Positions 9,051-18,928 of a stretch of DNA of 64,000 nucleotides are shown in pieces (the stretch's first letter is position 1; every line of letters begins with the position of its first letter). Under the pieces are notes generated by a model that saw only the letters and a list, made by a program, of their open reading frames with translations, was not told the origin of the DNA and searched no databases. A program made the position numbers and the translations under genes. The stretch is from an uncultured Clostridia bacterium (lineage in GTDB: Bacteria; Bacillota; Clostridia; Oscillospirales; Oscillospiraceae): contig CAMJGL010000005.1 of assembly GCA_946405205.1 (NCBI GenBank), positions 33,013 to 97,012 on the forward strand, given 5' to 3'.

Positions 9051-9060
9051 AATACCTCCG

Positions 9061-9317
9061 AAACTGAAAAGCCCCCTGTCCTTCAGACAGAGGGCGTAAT
9101 TAACGCGGTACCACCTCTATGCGCCGGCTCCTCGCAGAACCGGCCTCCATGAGTTCCAGACTCCGACGCTATATCGGGCGTGACCCGTCACAGCCTACTT
9201 GATTCGGTGTGCCGCTCCAAGCCGTATTCACTCGTTACCGCTCTCCCCTTTTCAGCGTATCAGGGTCTCTCTGTGCAGCGGGAAAACGAGCTACTTGCGC
9301 TCTTCATCGCGTTTACT
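9061..9317 (-). promoter_or_regulatory. T-box riboswitch leader, tyrosine specifier (UAC)
   Basis: Minus strand shows GATGA K-turn, AGAGAG bulge, AGTA/GAA S-turn with UAC directly after GAA (9226-9224), T-box GGTGGTACCGCG (9115-9104), then terminator GCCCTCTGTC-TGAAG-GACAGGGGGC plus a T-run. Confidence 0.85.
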
Positions 9318-9323
9318 CAGGCA

Positions 9324-9352
9324 ATTATACTAAACTAAACCGACCTTGTCAA
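9324..9352 (-). promoter_or_regulatory. consensus sigma-A promoter of the T-box operon
   Basis: TTGACA (9352-9347), 17 nt, TATAAT (9329-9324). The -35 lies inside the last codons of recN. Confidence 0.65.
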
Positions 9353-11020
9353 CTTATAATTATCCGCTGCGGCAAGCTGTTCCTCGGCACCCGCGAGCGT
9401 CGTTTCCGTAATGATATCGCCGCCGTGCAGCCTTGCAAGCTCCTTGCGCCTTCCCTGCCTGTCAAGCTCGATGACCTCGGTGTATGTTCTGCCGCCCCGC
9501 TCGCTTTTCACGATAAGATCATGACTGTCGGCGATGGCCGCGATCTGGGGAAGATGCGTTATGCAAAGCACCTGCTTGCCGCGGGACAGGTCGGACATCT
9601 TTTCTCCTACCCTCTGAGCGGCAATGCCGGAAACGCCGGTGTCGATCTCGTCGAATACCATTGTCTCTATGGGGTCGTTTTTGGAGAACACCGTTTTCAT
9701 TGCCAGCATTATGCGGCTGAGCTCACCGCCGGAGGCGATCTTCGATATCCTGCCGAGCTCCATACCGGCGTTCGCGGATATAAGAAAACGAATCTCATCA
9801 GCTCCGTTGGCGTCAAAGCCCGTTTTGCTCTCTATGGGCTCAATAGCCACGGCAAAACGCACCGAGGGCATGCTGAGATCCCGAAGCTGCGATATTATGC
9901 GCTTTTCAAGCTCAAGAGCCGCAGACTTTCTGCGCTTTGTGAGCTCTGCCGCCTTTACTCTGCAATTGTCGATATGCTTTTCAAGCTGCTTTTCGAGCTT
10001 TACGAGCATATCGTCGGCATACTCAAGCTCTGAAAGCTTTCTCCTGCACTCGTCAAGGTGCTCAAGCATACCTTCCTCATCCATATTGTATTTTCTGCGG
10101 AGCTTTCTGAGCAATGCAAGGCGTGTCTCGATATTGTCATACTCCTCGGGAGAAAACTCGAGACTGTCCCTGAAGTCGCGTATGCGTTCGGCTGCGTCAT
10201 AAATGAGCGATGAAGCGTTTTTAATGATATCCGCAGTCTCACGCAGATCTTCGGTTATCATAGCCGCTCTGTCCATCATGGCCGCGGCCTCGTCCGTCAA
10301 AGCTCCTGCGCTGCTGTCAGCCCCGTACAGTGAGTTGTACGCGCCGTCGATTGCTTCCGTGAGCTTTTCGGAATTTCGAAGAAGGTCGCGCTTTGCCGAA
10401 AGCTCGTCCTCCTCGCCGGGCTTGAGAGCTGCATTTTCAAGCTCGGCGATCTGGTATTGCAGGCTGTCTGCCATTCGGGCCTTCTCGACCTCATCCATGG
10501 ACAGCCGCTCTATCTCCCGCTTGCAGGAGACATACTCGCCGTATGCGGCCTTATAGGCGCTGAGTTCATCAGATAAGCCGCCGAAGTTGTCAAGATACTC
10601 ACGGTGGCGGCTTTCATCCATAAGCAGTCTGCCGTCGTTCTGGCCGTGTATATCAAGAAGGAGTGCGCCAAGCTCCCGAAGCTGTGCAACAGATACGGGA
10701 TTTCCGCAGACACGGCAGCTGCTTTTTCCGTCCGCGCTTATCCTGCGCTGAATGATTATCTCATCCTCGGGCTCAATATCGTTCTCTTCAAACCAGCCTT
10801 TTGCATTTTCCGATTCAAATACTGCCGACACCGTGCCCTTTTCCGCGCCGCTGCGCACGAGCTCACGGCTTGTTCTCGCACCGAGCACGGCGCTCAGGGA
10901 GTCAACGATGATCGATTTGCCCGCACCGGTTTCGCCGGTCAGGACAGTCAGGCCGGTTCCAAATTCAATATCGGCTTTTTCAATTACGGCAATATTCTCA
11001 ATATGCAGCTGTGTAAGCAT
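9335..11020 (-). CDS. recN: DNA repair protein RecN
   Basis: 561 aa. N-terminal GETGAGKS Walker A, long coiled coil, and C-terminal ASGGELSR signature with DEID Walker B. Confidence 0.95.
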   Translation of the reverse strand: MLTQLHIENIAVIEKADIEFGTGLTVLTGETGAGKSIIVDSLSAVLGARTSRELVRSGAEKGTVSAVFESENAKGWFEENDIEPEDEIIIQRRISADGKSSCRVCGNPVSVAQLRELGALLLDIHGQNDGRLLMDESRHREYLDNFGGLSDELSAYKAAYGEYVSCKREIERLSMDEVEKARMADSLQYQIAELENAALKPGEEDELSAKRDLLRNSEKLTEAIDGAYNSLYGADSSAGALTDEAAAMMDRAAMITEDLRETADIIKNASSLIYDAAERIRDFRDSLEFSPEEYDNIETRLALLRKLRRKYNMDEEGMLEHLDECRRKLSELEYADDMLVKLEKQLEKHIDNCRVKAAELTKRRKSAALELEKRIISQLRDLSMPSVRFAVAIEPIESKTGFDANGADEIRFLISANAGMELGRISKIASGGELSRIMLAMKTVFSKNDPIETMVFDEIDTGVSGIAAQRVGEKMSDLSRGKQVLCITHLPQIAAIADSHDLIVKSERGGRTYTEVIELDRQGRRKELARLHGGDIITETTLAGAEEQLAAADNYKLTRSV

Positions 11021-11035
11021 ATCGTATCCTCTTTA

Positions 11036-11485
11036 TCAGAACATTTCTTCTATCTCGTGGCAAAAAGCCTCTGCTGCCTTGTTGTCCTTCATTGCGAGAA
11101 AGGCTGTGTCGTCGCCTGCAAGCGTCCCTGCAAGCGACTCGATATGCATCGAATCAAGCGTTGAGCAGGCAGCGGACGCGAGACCGGGCAGGGTCTTGAT
11201 AACAATGATATTCTGCGCAACAACATATGAGGTCACGCTTTCCCTGAAAATTTTGCGAAGTCTGATCTCACGGTCGGAGCTCTTGGATTTTCCGCTGACA
11301 ACGTAGTGGTATTTTCCGTTGCTGCCAAGCTCTTTGACGAGCTGGAGCTCCTTGATATCACGCGAGAGTGTCGCCTGAGTGCTGCTGACGCCGCGCTGTG
11401 CAAGCGCTTGGATAAGCTGCGCCTGGGTCTCAATATCCTGCTCAGTGATTATCTGCATTATAACGCTCTGTCTTGAAGTCTTCAA
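11036..11485 (-). CDS. argR: arginine repressor
   Basis: 149 aa. TTG start with AGGAGG 9 nt upstream. Winged-helix N-terminus (IITEQDIETQAQL..VSSTQATLSRDIKEL) and GTLAGDDT oligomerisation motif. Confidence 0.85.
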   Translation of the reverse strand: MKTSRQSVIMQIITEQDIETQAQLIQALAQRGVSSTQATLSRDIKELQLVKELGSNGKYHYVVSGKSKSSDREIRLRKIFRESVTSYVVAQNIIVIKTLPGLASAACSTLDSMHIESLAGTLAGDDTAFLAMKDNKAAEAFCHEIEEMF

Positions 11486-11500
11486 TTTAAGGCCTCCTGT

Positions 11501-12367
11501 TCATCGTGTCTTGTACAGCAGCTTTTCAAAAGTGAGATCGTAAAAGCTTTTCTGTCCCAAATGTATAAGATTGGCAGTTTTTTCTGACTGCTTTACAACT
11601 AAAACATCGTTGTTTGCAAGCTCGAAACCATCAGAACCGTCGACCGAAACATAGGCTCGCCTGTCGTGGATCTTTTCCGCGCCGACCGTCACCATATGTC
11701 GAGGCGACAGCACAAAGCTCTTTGCTCCCATAACATGTGCGCAGATCGGAGTAATAATGAAATTTCTTGCCTCCGGTTCAACTATCGGCCCGCCCGCGGA
11801 CATGGAATATCCGGTCGAGCCTGTTGGAGTAGCTACGACGATACCGTCGCCGGAAAAGCTCATTATTCGGTCTCCGTCGCAGCAGGCATGAAGCTTTATG
11901 CAATCGCCCATGCCGTGAATAACAACGTCGTTGAGCCCGCAGTCGGAATATATTACTTTCCCGTCGCGGACAAGCTCAACATCGATCATCATTCTGCGGC
12001 TTGAAATATAATTGCCGGCCGCCGCTTCAAGGATCATATCCAGATCCTCCGGCTCCAGCGACGCCATAAAGCCCTTGGTGCCGAGGTTTATCCCTAACAT
12101 GGGAGTATCGCTGTGGTTAAGATAGCGCGCGGTGTGCAGTATCGTCCCGTCGCCGCCAATGACCATGAACATATGCGCCTTATCGGCTGCCTCGGCCCAC
12201 GGCGTTATCCTGATATCCTCGGGTATAGCCGACTTATCATCCGCACCGAACACCGGACACACGGAAACATCATAGCCGCTGTTCAGTAGAAGCTCTTTGG
12301 CTTTCTTTGTAAGCTCAAGATGTGAGTCTCTGTACGGATTGGGGCAGAGCACGATCAGTTTTGACAT
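11501..12367 (-). CDS. nadK: NAD kinase
   Basis: 288 aa. GGDGT motif and ATPTGSTGYSMSAGGP motif. Confidence 0.9.
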   Translation of the reverse strand: MSKLIVLCPNPYRDSHLELTKKAKELLLNSGYDVSVCPVFGADDKSAIPEDIRITPWAEAADKAHMFMVIGGDGTILHTARYLNHSDTPMLGINLGTKGFMASLEPEDLDMILEAAAGNYISSRRMMIDVELVRDGKVIYSDCGLNDVVIHGMGDCIKLHACCDGDRIMSFSGDGIVVATPTGSTGYSMSAGGPIVEPEARNFIITPICAHVMGAKSFVLSPRHMVTVGAEKIHDRRAYVSVDGSDGFELANNDVLVVKQSEKTANLIHLGQKSFYDLTFEKLLYKTR

Positions 12368-12376
12368 AATTTCACC

Positions 12377-13171
12377 TCACAGGTACTCGTGAGACGCTTC
12401 GACAACAGCCTTTGCATCTATTTCGGGCGCATCGAAGCTGCCCTTTTTCATATAACACAGGTACTCCCTGTTTCCCTCCGGCCCCTTGATCGGAGAAAAA
12501 TCAAGGCCCATGACCGTCATTCCCACGCTCGGCGCAAAGTCGAGTATGCTTTCTATGACCGCAAGATGGACGGCTTTGTCGCGTACAACACCCTTTTTGC
12601 CGACCTCATCTTTTCCGGCCTCGAACTGCGGCTTTATTAGGCACACGAGCTCGGCACCTTCTTTCAGAAGCGAACACACTGCCGGAAGCACGAGCTTTAT
12701 CGAGATAAATGAAAGGTCCATTACCGCAAGGTCGATAGGCTCGGGTATCTGCTCGGAGCTGATGTATCTTATATTAGTGCGCTCCATATTGACTACACGC
12801 ACATCCTGCCTCAGGCTCCATGCGAGCTGACCGTAGCCCACATCAACGGAGTATACCTTTTTGGCGCCGTTTTTCAGGAGAACGTCGGTAAATCCTCCTG
12901 TCGATGCGCCGCAGTCAATGCACGTCCTGCCCGCTGCGTCTATCGGGAACACATTCAGAGCCTTTTCAAGCTTGAATCCTCCGCGGCTGACATACGGCAG
13001 AGCCGCGCCCTTAACTTCGACGGACGCATCGGGCGATACCTGCATCCCCGGCTTATCCGCGCGCTGACCGTCAACGAATACAAGGCCGCTCATTATAGTC
13101 GTTTTTGCCCTTTCGCGGCTCTCGGTAAGGCCGAGGTCAAAAACGAGCTGATCCAATCTTACTTTTTTCAC
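12377..13171 (-). CDS. tlyA: TlyA-family rRNA (cytidine-2'-O)-methyltransferase
   Basis: 264 aa. N-terminal S4 domain (RLDQLV..RERAK) plus an FtsJ-type SAM fold (DCGASTGGFTD). Confidence 0.85.
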   Translation of the reverse strand: MKKVRLDQLVFDLGLTESRERAKTTIMSGLVFVDGQRADKPGMQVSPDASVEVKGAALPYVSRGGFKLEKALNVFPIDAAGRTCIDCGASTGGFTDVLLKNGAKKVYSVDVGYGQLAWSLRQDVRVVNMERTNIRYISSEQIPEPIDLAVMDLSFISIKLVLPAVCSLLKEGAELVCLIKPQFEAGKDEVGKKGVVRDKAVHLAVIESILDFAPSVGMTVMGLDFSPIKGPEGNREYLCYMKKGSFDAPEIDAKAVVEASHEYL

Positions 13172-15012
13172 TTTGCACCTCTTATAAGCTTACAGGCCTC
13201 ATTAAAGAGACTGTCCGCATCCAGACCGCAGTGCCGTCTGAGCTCGTCGACCGAGCCGTGAACGACCACGCCGCTGCCGAGATTTACGTTGTATGCGGCC
13301 TTAAGATTAATACCGCTTCTCTCAACGGCCGCAAGGATGGAGTCTGCTATGCAGGCGCTTTCGCAGACCTCCTCTGCCATGAGAAAAACACCTGTTTTCT
13401 TCAAAGAGGAAAGAACATCGTCATACGGATGCAGATGCAGGCTGGACAGCTTTATAACATCGGCGCTTAGCCCCTGCTCATTCAGCATTTCCGCAAGCTC
13501 AAGCATAATATTGATCGTAGTTCCGTAAGCGGCCAGCGTTATATCCTTACCGTCAAGGAGCTTAACGCTCGGAGCGGTCTCACAGCCTCGGTATTTACCC
13601 TCGCCGCCGCGGGGATATCTTATAGCAACAGGCCCATCCATCTCGTTTACGGCCATATCCAGCATACGTTCAAGCTCGGCAAAGCTTGCCGGACACAATA
13701 TCTGCATATACGGAACAGAGCTGAGGAAGCTAAGGTCAAACGAGCCGTGATGAGTTTCACCGTCGCTCCCGACGAGACCTGCGCGGTCCACGCAGAACAC
13801 GGCATGAAGACGCTGCAGCGCTATATCATGAATGAGCATATCATATGAGCGCTGCAGAAAGCTGGAATACACCGCGACGACCGGCACAAGCCCCTGCTTT
13901 GCCATGCCTGCCGCCATGGAAACGGCCTGCTGCTCAGCAATACCCACATCGAAAAACCTTTCGGGGTATTTTACTGCGAACTTATCAAGGCCGGTACCGG
14001 ACGCCATCGCGGCCGTGATTGCGACAACGTTCTTATTATCCTCTGCGATTTTAACGAGCTTATCGCCGAAAACCGATGAAAAACAGGGACCGGACTCAGG
14101 GATTGCTCCCGTAACCGGGTCGAAGGCTCCGACACCGTGATACTTTTCAGGGTGTTCCTCCGCGAACTGACAGCCTTTCCCCTTTTTGCTTATGACATGC
14201 ACAAGTACAGGCGCCGCCATCTCCTTTGCCCAGCGGATTACCGTTTCAAGCTGCTCAACATCATGGCCGTCAACGGGGCCGAGATAATAAACGCCCATCG
14301 CGTCAAAGATATTTGAAGGCAGAATGGTCTTTTTAAGGGCTTCCTTGAGCTTGTGATTTGCATTATAAAGCTGAGGAACGTTGCCGACAGTGCTTCTGTA
14401 CCAGCGCTTGAAGTTGATATATCCGGGCTTTATGCGCTCTCTGGACAGTAGCTTTGCCATACCGCCGACATTTCCGTTTATGGACATACCGTTGTCATTA
14501 AGAATGACGACCATTGGTTCATTGCTTCCGCCTAAGTTTGTCAGTCCCTCATAGGCAAGTCCGCCTGTCAGCGCACCGTCGCCTATTACGGCGACGACAT
14601 TGTAGTTTTCGTTTTTAAGAGTCCTCGCCCTTGCCATGCCGAGTGCCACGGAAACGGAAGTGGAGGCGTGACCGGCGATAAAAGCGTCGTCCTTAGCTTC
14701 ATGAGGCTTGGGAAAGCCGGAAATGCCGCCGTAGCTGCGCAGCGTCGGGAACTCGTCTCTTCTGCCGGTAATTATTTTGTGCGCGTAGCTTTGATGCCCT
14801 ACATCAAATACAATGCGGTCAACTGAGCTGTCATAAACACGGTGCAGAGCGACAGTAAGTTCAATGGCACCGAGATTTGAGGCAAGATGCCCGCCGGTTT
14901 TTGATACGTTCTGTATTATAAATTCTCTCAGCTCCTCGCAAAGCTCGGGAAGCTCCACCGCGCTAAGCGATTTTACATCGTTTGAGGAATTGACTTTATT
15001 CAGAATATTCAA
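13168..15012 (-). CDS. dxs: 1-deoxy-D-xylulose-5-phosphate synthase
   Basis: GGHLASNLG, GDGALTGG (ThDP motif) and transketolase-like domains. I prefer the TTG start at 15012 (AAGAGG 6 nt upstream, aligns to the usual Dxs N-terminus). The longest ORF starts at 15045 without an RBS. Confidence 0.93.
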   Translation of the reverse strand: MNILNKVNSSNDVKSLSAVELPELCEELREFIIQNVSKTGGHLASNLGAIELTVALHRVYDSSVDRIVFDVGHQSYAHKIITGRRDEFPTLRSYGGISGFPKPHEAKDDAFIAGHASTSVSVALGMARARTLKNENYNVVAVIGDGALTGGLAYEGLTNLGGSNEPMVVILNDNGMSINGNVGGMAKLLSRERIKPGYINFKRWYRSTVGNVPQLYNANHKLKEALKKTILPSNIFDAMGVYYLGPVDGHDVEQLETVIRWAKEMAAPVLVHVISKKGKGCQFAEEHPEKYHGVGAFDPVTGAIPESGPCFSSVFGDKLVKIAEDNKNVVAITAAMASGTGLDKFAVKYPERFFDVGIAEQQAVSMAAGMAKQGLVPVVAVYSSFLQRSYDMLIHDIALQRLHAVFCVDRAGLVGSDGETHHGSFDLSFLSSVPYMQILCPASFAELERMLDMAVNEMDGPVAIRYPRGGEGKYRGCETAPSVKLLDGKDITLAAYGTTINIMLELAEMLNEQGLSADVIKLSSLHLHPYDDVLSSLKKTGVFLMAEEVCESACIADSILAAVERSGINLKAAYNVNLGSGVVVHGSVDELRRHCGLDADSLFNEACKLIRGAK

Positions 15013-15065
15013 AACAAAACCTCTTACATAACTAAATATTCGCATAATTAGCTATTTTATATAAT

Positions 15066-15110
15066 AACAAACCGCAGCGAATATTACAATAGATATTCAC
15101 TGCGGTTTTA
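15066..15110 (-). terminator. putative intrinsic terminator after ispA
   Basis: 15-bp stem AACCGCAGUGAAUAU / AUAUUCGCUGCGGUU (one G-U pair) followed by TTTGTT. The T-run is weak. Confidence 0.5.
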
Positions 15111-15122
15111 CAATTAATTCAC

Positions 15123-15989
15123 TCAATTGTCTCGGGTGACCATCGAATCGGCTAAGCAGCACAAAAAGTCGGTGTCGGTGAACGCTACGCTCAGCGCGCT
15201 TTTTGCCGACTCGGTAAGCCTGCGGATCATCTTCATACAGCGCTCCTCGCCGTAAAGCGCCATATATGTGTTTTTATTTTCCTGAGCGTCGGAGCCGACC
15301 GGCTTTCCGAGCGCTTCGTCTGTGCTGATAACGTCAAGGATATCGTCCCGTATCTGGAACGCCGCGCCTATGGCAGCACCGAAAAGAGCTGCCGCTTCAA
15401 GCTGCTCGTCGCTTCCTCCGGCTGCAGCAACGCCCATTCTGCAAGCAGCGATAAGCAGAGCGCCGGTCTTGCGGCTGTTTATCTCGTTGAGCTCATCTTC
15501 GCTCAACACCATGTTCTCGCCTTTCATGTCGAGAAACTGTCCGGCGCACATACCGTCGGAGCCGACGGCGTCTGCCAAAATCTCAGCACAGTTTGCTCTG
15601 ACCCCGGCGGGAAGCTCACTGCGCAGTATGGTGCCGAAGGCCTCGGCCTGCAAAGCGTCGCCGGCGAGCACCGCCGTGCATTCGCCGTAGACGACATGAT
15701 TTGTCGGCTTGCCGCGGCGCAGGTCATCGTTATCCATGCAGGGAAGATCATCGTGAATAAGACTGTAGGTGTGCAGCATTTCGACCGCACAGGCGACCGG
15801 AAGTGCTTTCTGAACGTCGCCGCCGGATATGCGGCAGAATTCAAGAACGAGGATCGGCCTTATTCGTTTGCCGCCGGCGGTAAGACTATACCTCATCGAC
15901 TCAAGCAGTCCGTCGTAAGGCAGACCCGCCGGCATAAAGTATTCGGCGAGCTTCTCATCGATGAGGGACTTATATTCATTCATATTCAT
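15123..15989 (-). CDS. ispA: (2E,6E)-farnesyl/geranyl diphosphate synthase
   Basis: 288 aa. DDLPCMDNDDLRRG (first Asp-rich motif) and FQIRDDILD (second). Confidence 0.85.
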   Translation of the reverse strand: MNMNEYKSLIDEKLAEYFMPAGLPYDGLLESMRYSLTAGGKRIRPILVLEFCRISGGDVQKALPVACAVEMLHTYSLIHDDLPCMDNDDLRRGKPTNHVVYGECTAVLAGDALQAEAFGTILRSELPAGVRANCAEILADAVGSDGMCAGQFLDMKGENMVLSEDELNEINSRKTGALLIAACRMGVAAAGGSDEQLEAAALFGAAIGAAFQIRDDILDVISTDEALGKPVGSDAQENKNTYMALYGEERCMKMIRRLTESAKSALSVAFTDTDFLCCLADSMVTRDN

Positions 15990-16222
15990 TATTCCGCGTC
16001 CTCAAACGGCAATTCAACAGGCTCGCCGTCGGGGCCTTTTTTGAGCTTTACCACGGTCTGCTCCGCCTCGTTGAGCAAAGCATCGCAGTTTGCGATAAGG
16101 CCTGTCCCCTCCTCAAACAGCTTCAGAGAGTCGCTCAGCGGCGCATCTCCCCTCTCAAGGAGTTTTACAATCTCATCAAGTCTGTTTATCGAATGCTCAA
16201 AACTAAGCTTTTTATCACTCAT
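15989..16222 (-). CDS. xseB: exodeoxyribonuclease VII small subunit
   Basis: 77 aa. LSFEHSINRLDEIVKLLE pattern. Overlaps xseA by 8 nt. Confidence 0.85.
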   Translation of the reverse strand: MSDKKLSFEHSINRLDEIVKLLERGDAPLSDSLKLFEEGTGLIANCDALLNEAEQTVVKLKKGPDGEPVELPFEDAE

Positions 16223-17429
16223 ATTTTACTGCCTCGCTTTCTTCTACTGTGCACTTTATCACACCGTCACGGACCAACAGCCGCAGCTTATCATCGTGCT
16301 TGACATCTTTTATGCTTCTTATCAGCTCGCCCCTTGCATCCGCCGCAATTGCATATCCCCTGCTCATGACCTTGAGCGGGCTCATAGCGTCGAGCGACGC
16401 GGCAAGTGCAACGAATTTATGGCGTTTTGCGGCGTTTATCCTGTCAGCCGCGGCAATAAGCCTGTCGCGCACATAGTCAAGCTCTGAGCGCTTTGTATCA
16501 ACATAAGTCATCGGGTTTTGAAGCACCCTGCGGTTTTTGATATCCTCGAGCCTGGTGCTCAGACGGCTGAGCTTTTTGCGCACAGCCTGAGTTTTCCTTA
16601 TGTTCAGATTCTCAAGAAGCTCGCGCATCTCGGATACGTCCGGCACGGCGAGCTCCGCCGCATTTGAGGGCGTTGAAGCCCTGACGTCGGCAACGTAGTC
16701 CGATATCGTGACGTCCGGCTCATGACCGACGGCAGATATCACGGGCAGCTCGGACTCGTATATTGCCCTTGCAACGCGCTCGTCATTAAATGCCCAAAGG
16801 TCTTCTATAGAACCGCCGCCGCGGCCCGTTATTATGAGATCGGCGACCTTATATTTATTTGCGTAACGGATAGCCCCGACGATCTCGGGCGGAGCCTCGA
16901 CGCCCTGCACACGCACCGGCAGAAGGACGACCTTGGTCATAGGCCAGCGCTTGCCGAGTATACGGATCATATCGTGTACTGCGGCACCTGCCGAGGAGGT
17001 GATGATAGCGATTTTCTTGGGAAACGCGGGAAGCGGCTTTTTGTGGCCGGGATCGAACAAGCCTTCCGCAGCAAGCTTGGCCTTGAGCTGCTCATATGCT
17101 ATCTGCAGATCTCCAGTGCCCTCGGGAATGAGATCGGTGCAGTATAGCTGATACGCTCCGTCACGCGGGAAGACTGATATACGGCCAAAAGCAGTGACGC
17201 CCATGCCGCTTTCAGGGCGAAAACGGAGCTTGGACGCACTGCTTTTGAACATGACGCATCTTAAACTGCTTTCCGCATCTTTGAGGGTAAAATAGTGGTG
17301 GCCCGAGGGATAGATCTTGTAGTTTGACAGCTCACCTCGGACGCAGACCTTGCCAAGCAGCGGCTCTCCGTCGATCAGTGCCTTTATTATACCGTTAAGC
17401 TCCGATACGGTCAGTGTTCTGTCGTTCAT
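16215..17429 (-). CDS. xseA: exodeoxyribonuclease VII large subunit
   Basis: 404 aa. N-terminal OB fold (VRGELSN), GRGGGS motif, and a coiled-coil C-terminus. Confidence 0.9.
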   Translation of the reverse strand: MNDRTLTVSELNGIIKALIDGEPLLGKVCVRGELSNYKIYPSGHHYFTLKDAESSLRCVMFKSSASKLRFRPESGMGVTAFGRISVFPRDGAYQLYCTDLIPEGTGDLQIAYEQLKAKLAAEGLFDPGHKKPLPAFPKKIAIITSSAGAAVHDMIRILGKRWPMTKVVLLPVRVQGVEAPPEIVGAIRYANKYKVADLIITGRGGGSIEDLWAFNDERVARAIYESELPVISAVGHEPDVTISDYVADVRASTPSNAAELAVPDVSEMRELLENLNIRKTQAVRKKLSRLSTRLEDIKNRRVLQNPMTYVDTKRSELDYVRDRLIAAADRINAAKRHKFVALAASLDAMSPLKVMSRGYAIAADARGELIRSIKDVKHDDKLRLLVRDGVIKCTVEESEAVKYE

Positions 17430-17899
17430 TCTTCCTTCTCCGCTTCGGCACTTTCGCCGAACTCACCGCGCATAAATCCGCCGAGCACTCCGTTGATGAA
17501 CGCAACGGTCTCGGGCTCATCATAGCCCTTGGCAAGCTCAACGGCCTCATTAATTGCCGCGTTGTTCGGGATATCGTCCATATACAACACTTCGCATATC
17601 GAACAGCGCAGTACGGCCATGGCGGTTTTCGATATGCGCTCTACCTTCCAGCCGCGCGCATATTTTTCGATATACTTATCGATCTGTATGCGGTACTCCT
17701 CCATATTCTCCGCAAGGCGAATGATGTAATCCTTCTGCTTCTTTTCCGGATACTCGGCGTAAAGCCCATCCTCGCTTGCCAGTGTTTCAAAGTATTCCTT
17801 ATCGAAAAACTCGTCTACTATCTCGGAGACCGGTTTTTCGCTTGCAGACGCATAAAAGCCGAGCTGTACTGCTATCTCTCTTGCAGTGGTTCTCTTCAT
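17426..17899 (-). CDS. nusB: transcription antitermination factor NusB
   Basis: 157 aa. RTTAREIAVQ start, NEAVELAK motif, and conserved position upstream of xseA. Confidence 0.85.
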   Translation of the reverse strand: MKRTTAREIAVQLGFYASASEKPVSEIVDEFFDKEYFETLASEDGLYAEYPEKKQKDYIIRLAENMEEYRIQIDKYIEKYARGWKVERISKTAMAVLRCSICEVLYMDDIPNNAAINEAVELAKGYDEPETVAFINGVLGGFMRGEFGESAEAEKEE

Positions 17900-17916
17900 G
17901 CCGTATTCCTCTCAGC

Positions 17917-18279
17917 TTATTTTTCAAAGGCAACGCCGGAAACATGGACGTTGACTTCCGACTTGTCGATTCCTGTGATGGCCTGAACGGCCTCGGTCAC
18001 GGAGTTCTGGACCTCGCGCGCAACATTGACAATATTGCAGCCATAGCGGACGAGAATGATAGCGTCGACCTTTATCATATCATCAACGATCTGGACTTTA
18101 ACGCCTTTGGATAATGTCTTTAAGCCTATGAGCTCCGCAAGCTCGCCGCCGGCGGTGTTGGATATTGCTGCAACGCCGTCGATCTCGGTTATAGCGGTCT
18201 GCACCATCGTGGAAATCACGTCTTCAGATATGTTTATGCTGCCGTTTTTCTCCTTGCAGCTGATGTAGTTATCACCCAT
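17917..18279 (-). CDS. Asp23/Gls24 family envelope-stress protein
   Basis: ISEDVISTMVQTAITEIDGV and VNVHVSGV motifs. Start chosen at MGDNY (18279) with GGAGG 6 nt upstream. The longest ORF reaches 18327. Confidence 0.8.
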   Translation of the reverse strand: MGDNYISCKEKNGSINISEDVISTMVQTAITEIDGVAAISNTAGGELAELIGLKTLSKGVKVQIVDDMIKVDAIILVRYGCNIVNVAREVQNSVTEAVQAITGIDKSEVNVHVSGVAFEK

Positions 18280-18361
18280 AGTGAGCCTCCATTTTTGCCT
18301 GCGCATCAAGCGCATGTATTCGGTCATAGTATTTTACCACAATCAAAGGCAAAAATAAAGC

Positions 18362-18389
18362 AAAAAAGACGGGCTTTCCCGTCTTTTTT
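18362..18389. terminator. intrinsic terminator ending the spoIIIA operon
   Basis: AAAAAAGACGGG-CTTT-CCCGTCTTTTTT, abutting the spoIIIAH stop codon (18388-18390). Confidence 0.75.
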
Positions 18390-18927
18390 ATGAAGGTACC
18401 CCTATTACATTAAGCTGAGCTGCCGTGTAAGCAGTTTCACTGGTCACAGTCTCGGTTATTCTGGCTACCGCCGCTTCGCTCAGTCCCTCAGCCGGAGCAG
18501 GAACCGCAACGGTTATGGAATCCTCGCTCATGTACACAACGCAGTCGGAGAAGTCCTTTGCAAGCAGCTTGTTTTCGAGCTGTGATTCTTTCATTGAGTA
18601 ATTTGCCATTGCGGAGATCGCGTTCATCGCCGAATCAATCGTCTCCTGAGAGGCCGTTTCCGATGAGACCGCGTCCTCAAGAAGCTTGATCGCCTCGTCG
18701 CGCGATACCTGTCTGTTGAGCCTTGCCTCGGCAAAGTAGCCTGACGAGCCTGCCGTGTTGGCGGCTTCATAGGCTTTATTTGCCTCCTCCATTGCCGCGT
18801 CCTCTGCCTTGACCATTGCCGAGTCTGCTTTTCCCCATTGGTTGTTGTACGACCAATTCAAATAAACCGCTGCGCACACAAGCAGCAGAACCGCAGCAAT
18901 CGTGATATTCCGTTTCAGATTTTTCAT
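18388..18927 (-). CDS. spoIIIAH: stage III sporulation protein AH
   Basis: 179 aa. Single N-terminal TM helix, Ala/Glu-rich linker and a YscJ/FliF-like C-terminus. Last gene of the spoIIIA cluster. Confidence 0.75.
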   Translation of the reverse strand: MKNLKRNITIAAVLLLVCAAVYLNWSYNNQWGKADSAMVKAEDAAMEEANKAYEAANTAGSSGYFAEARLNRQVSRDEAIKLLEDAVSSETASQETIDSAMNAISAMANYSMKESQLENKLLAKDFSDCVVYMSEDSITVAVPAPAEGLSEAAVARITETVTSETAYTAAQLNVIGVPS

Positions 18928-18928
18928 G

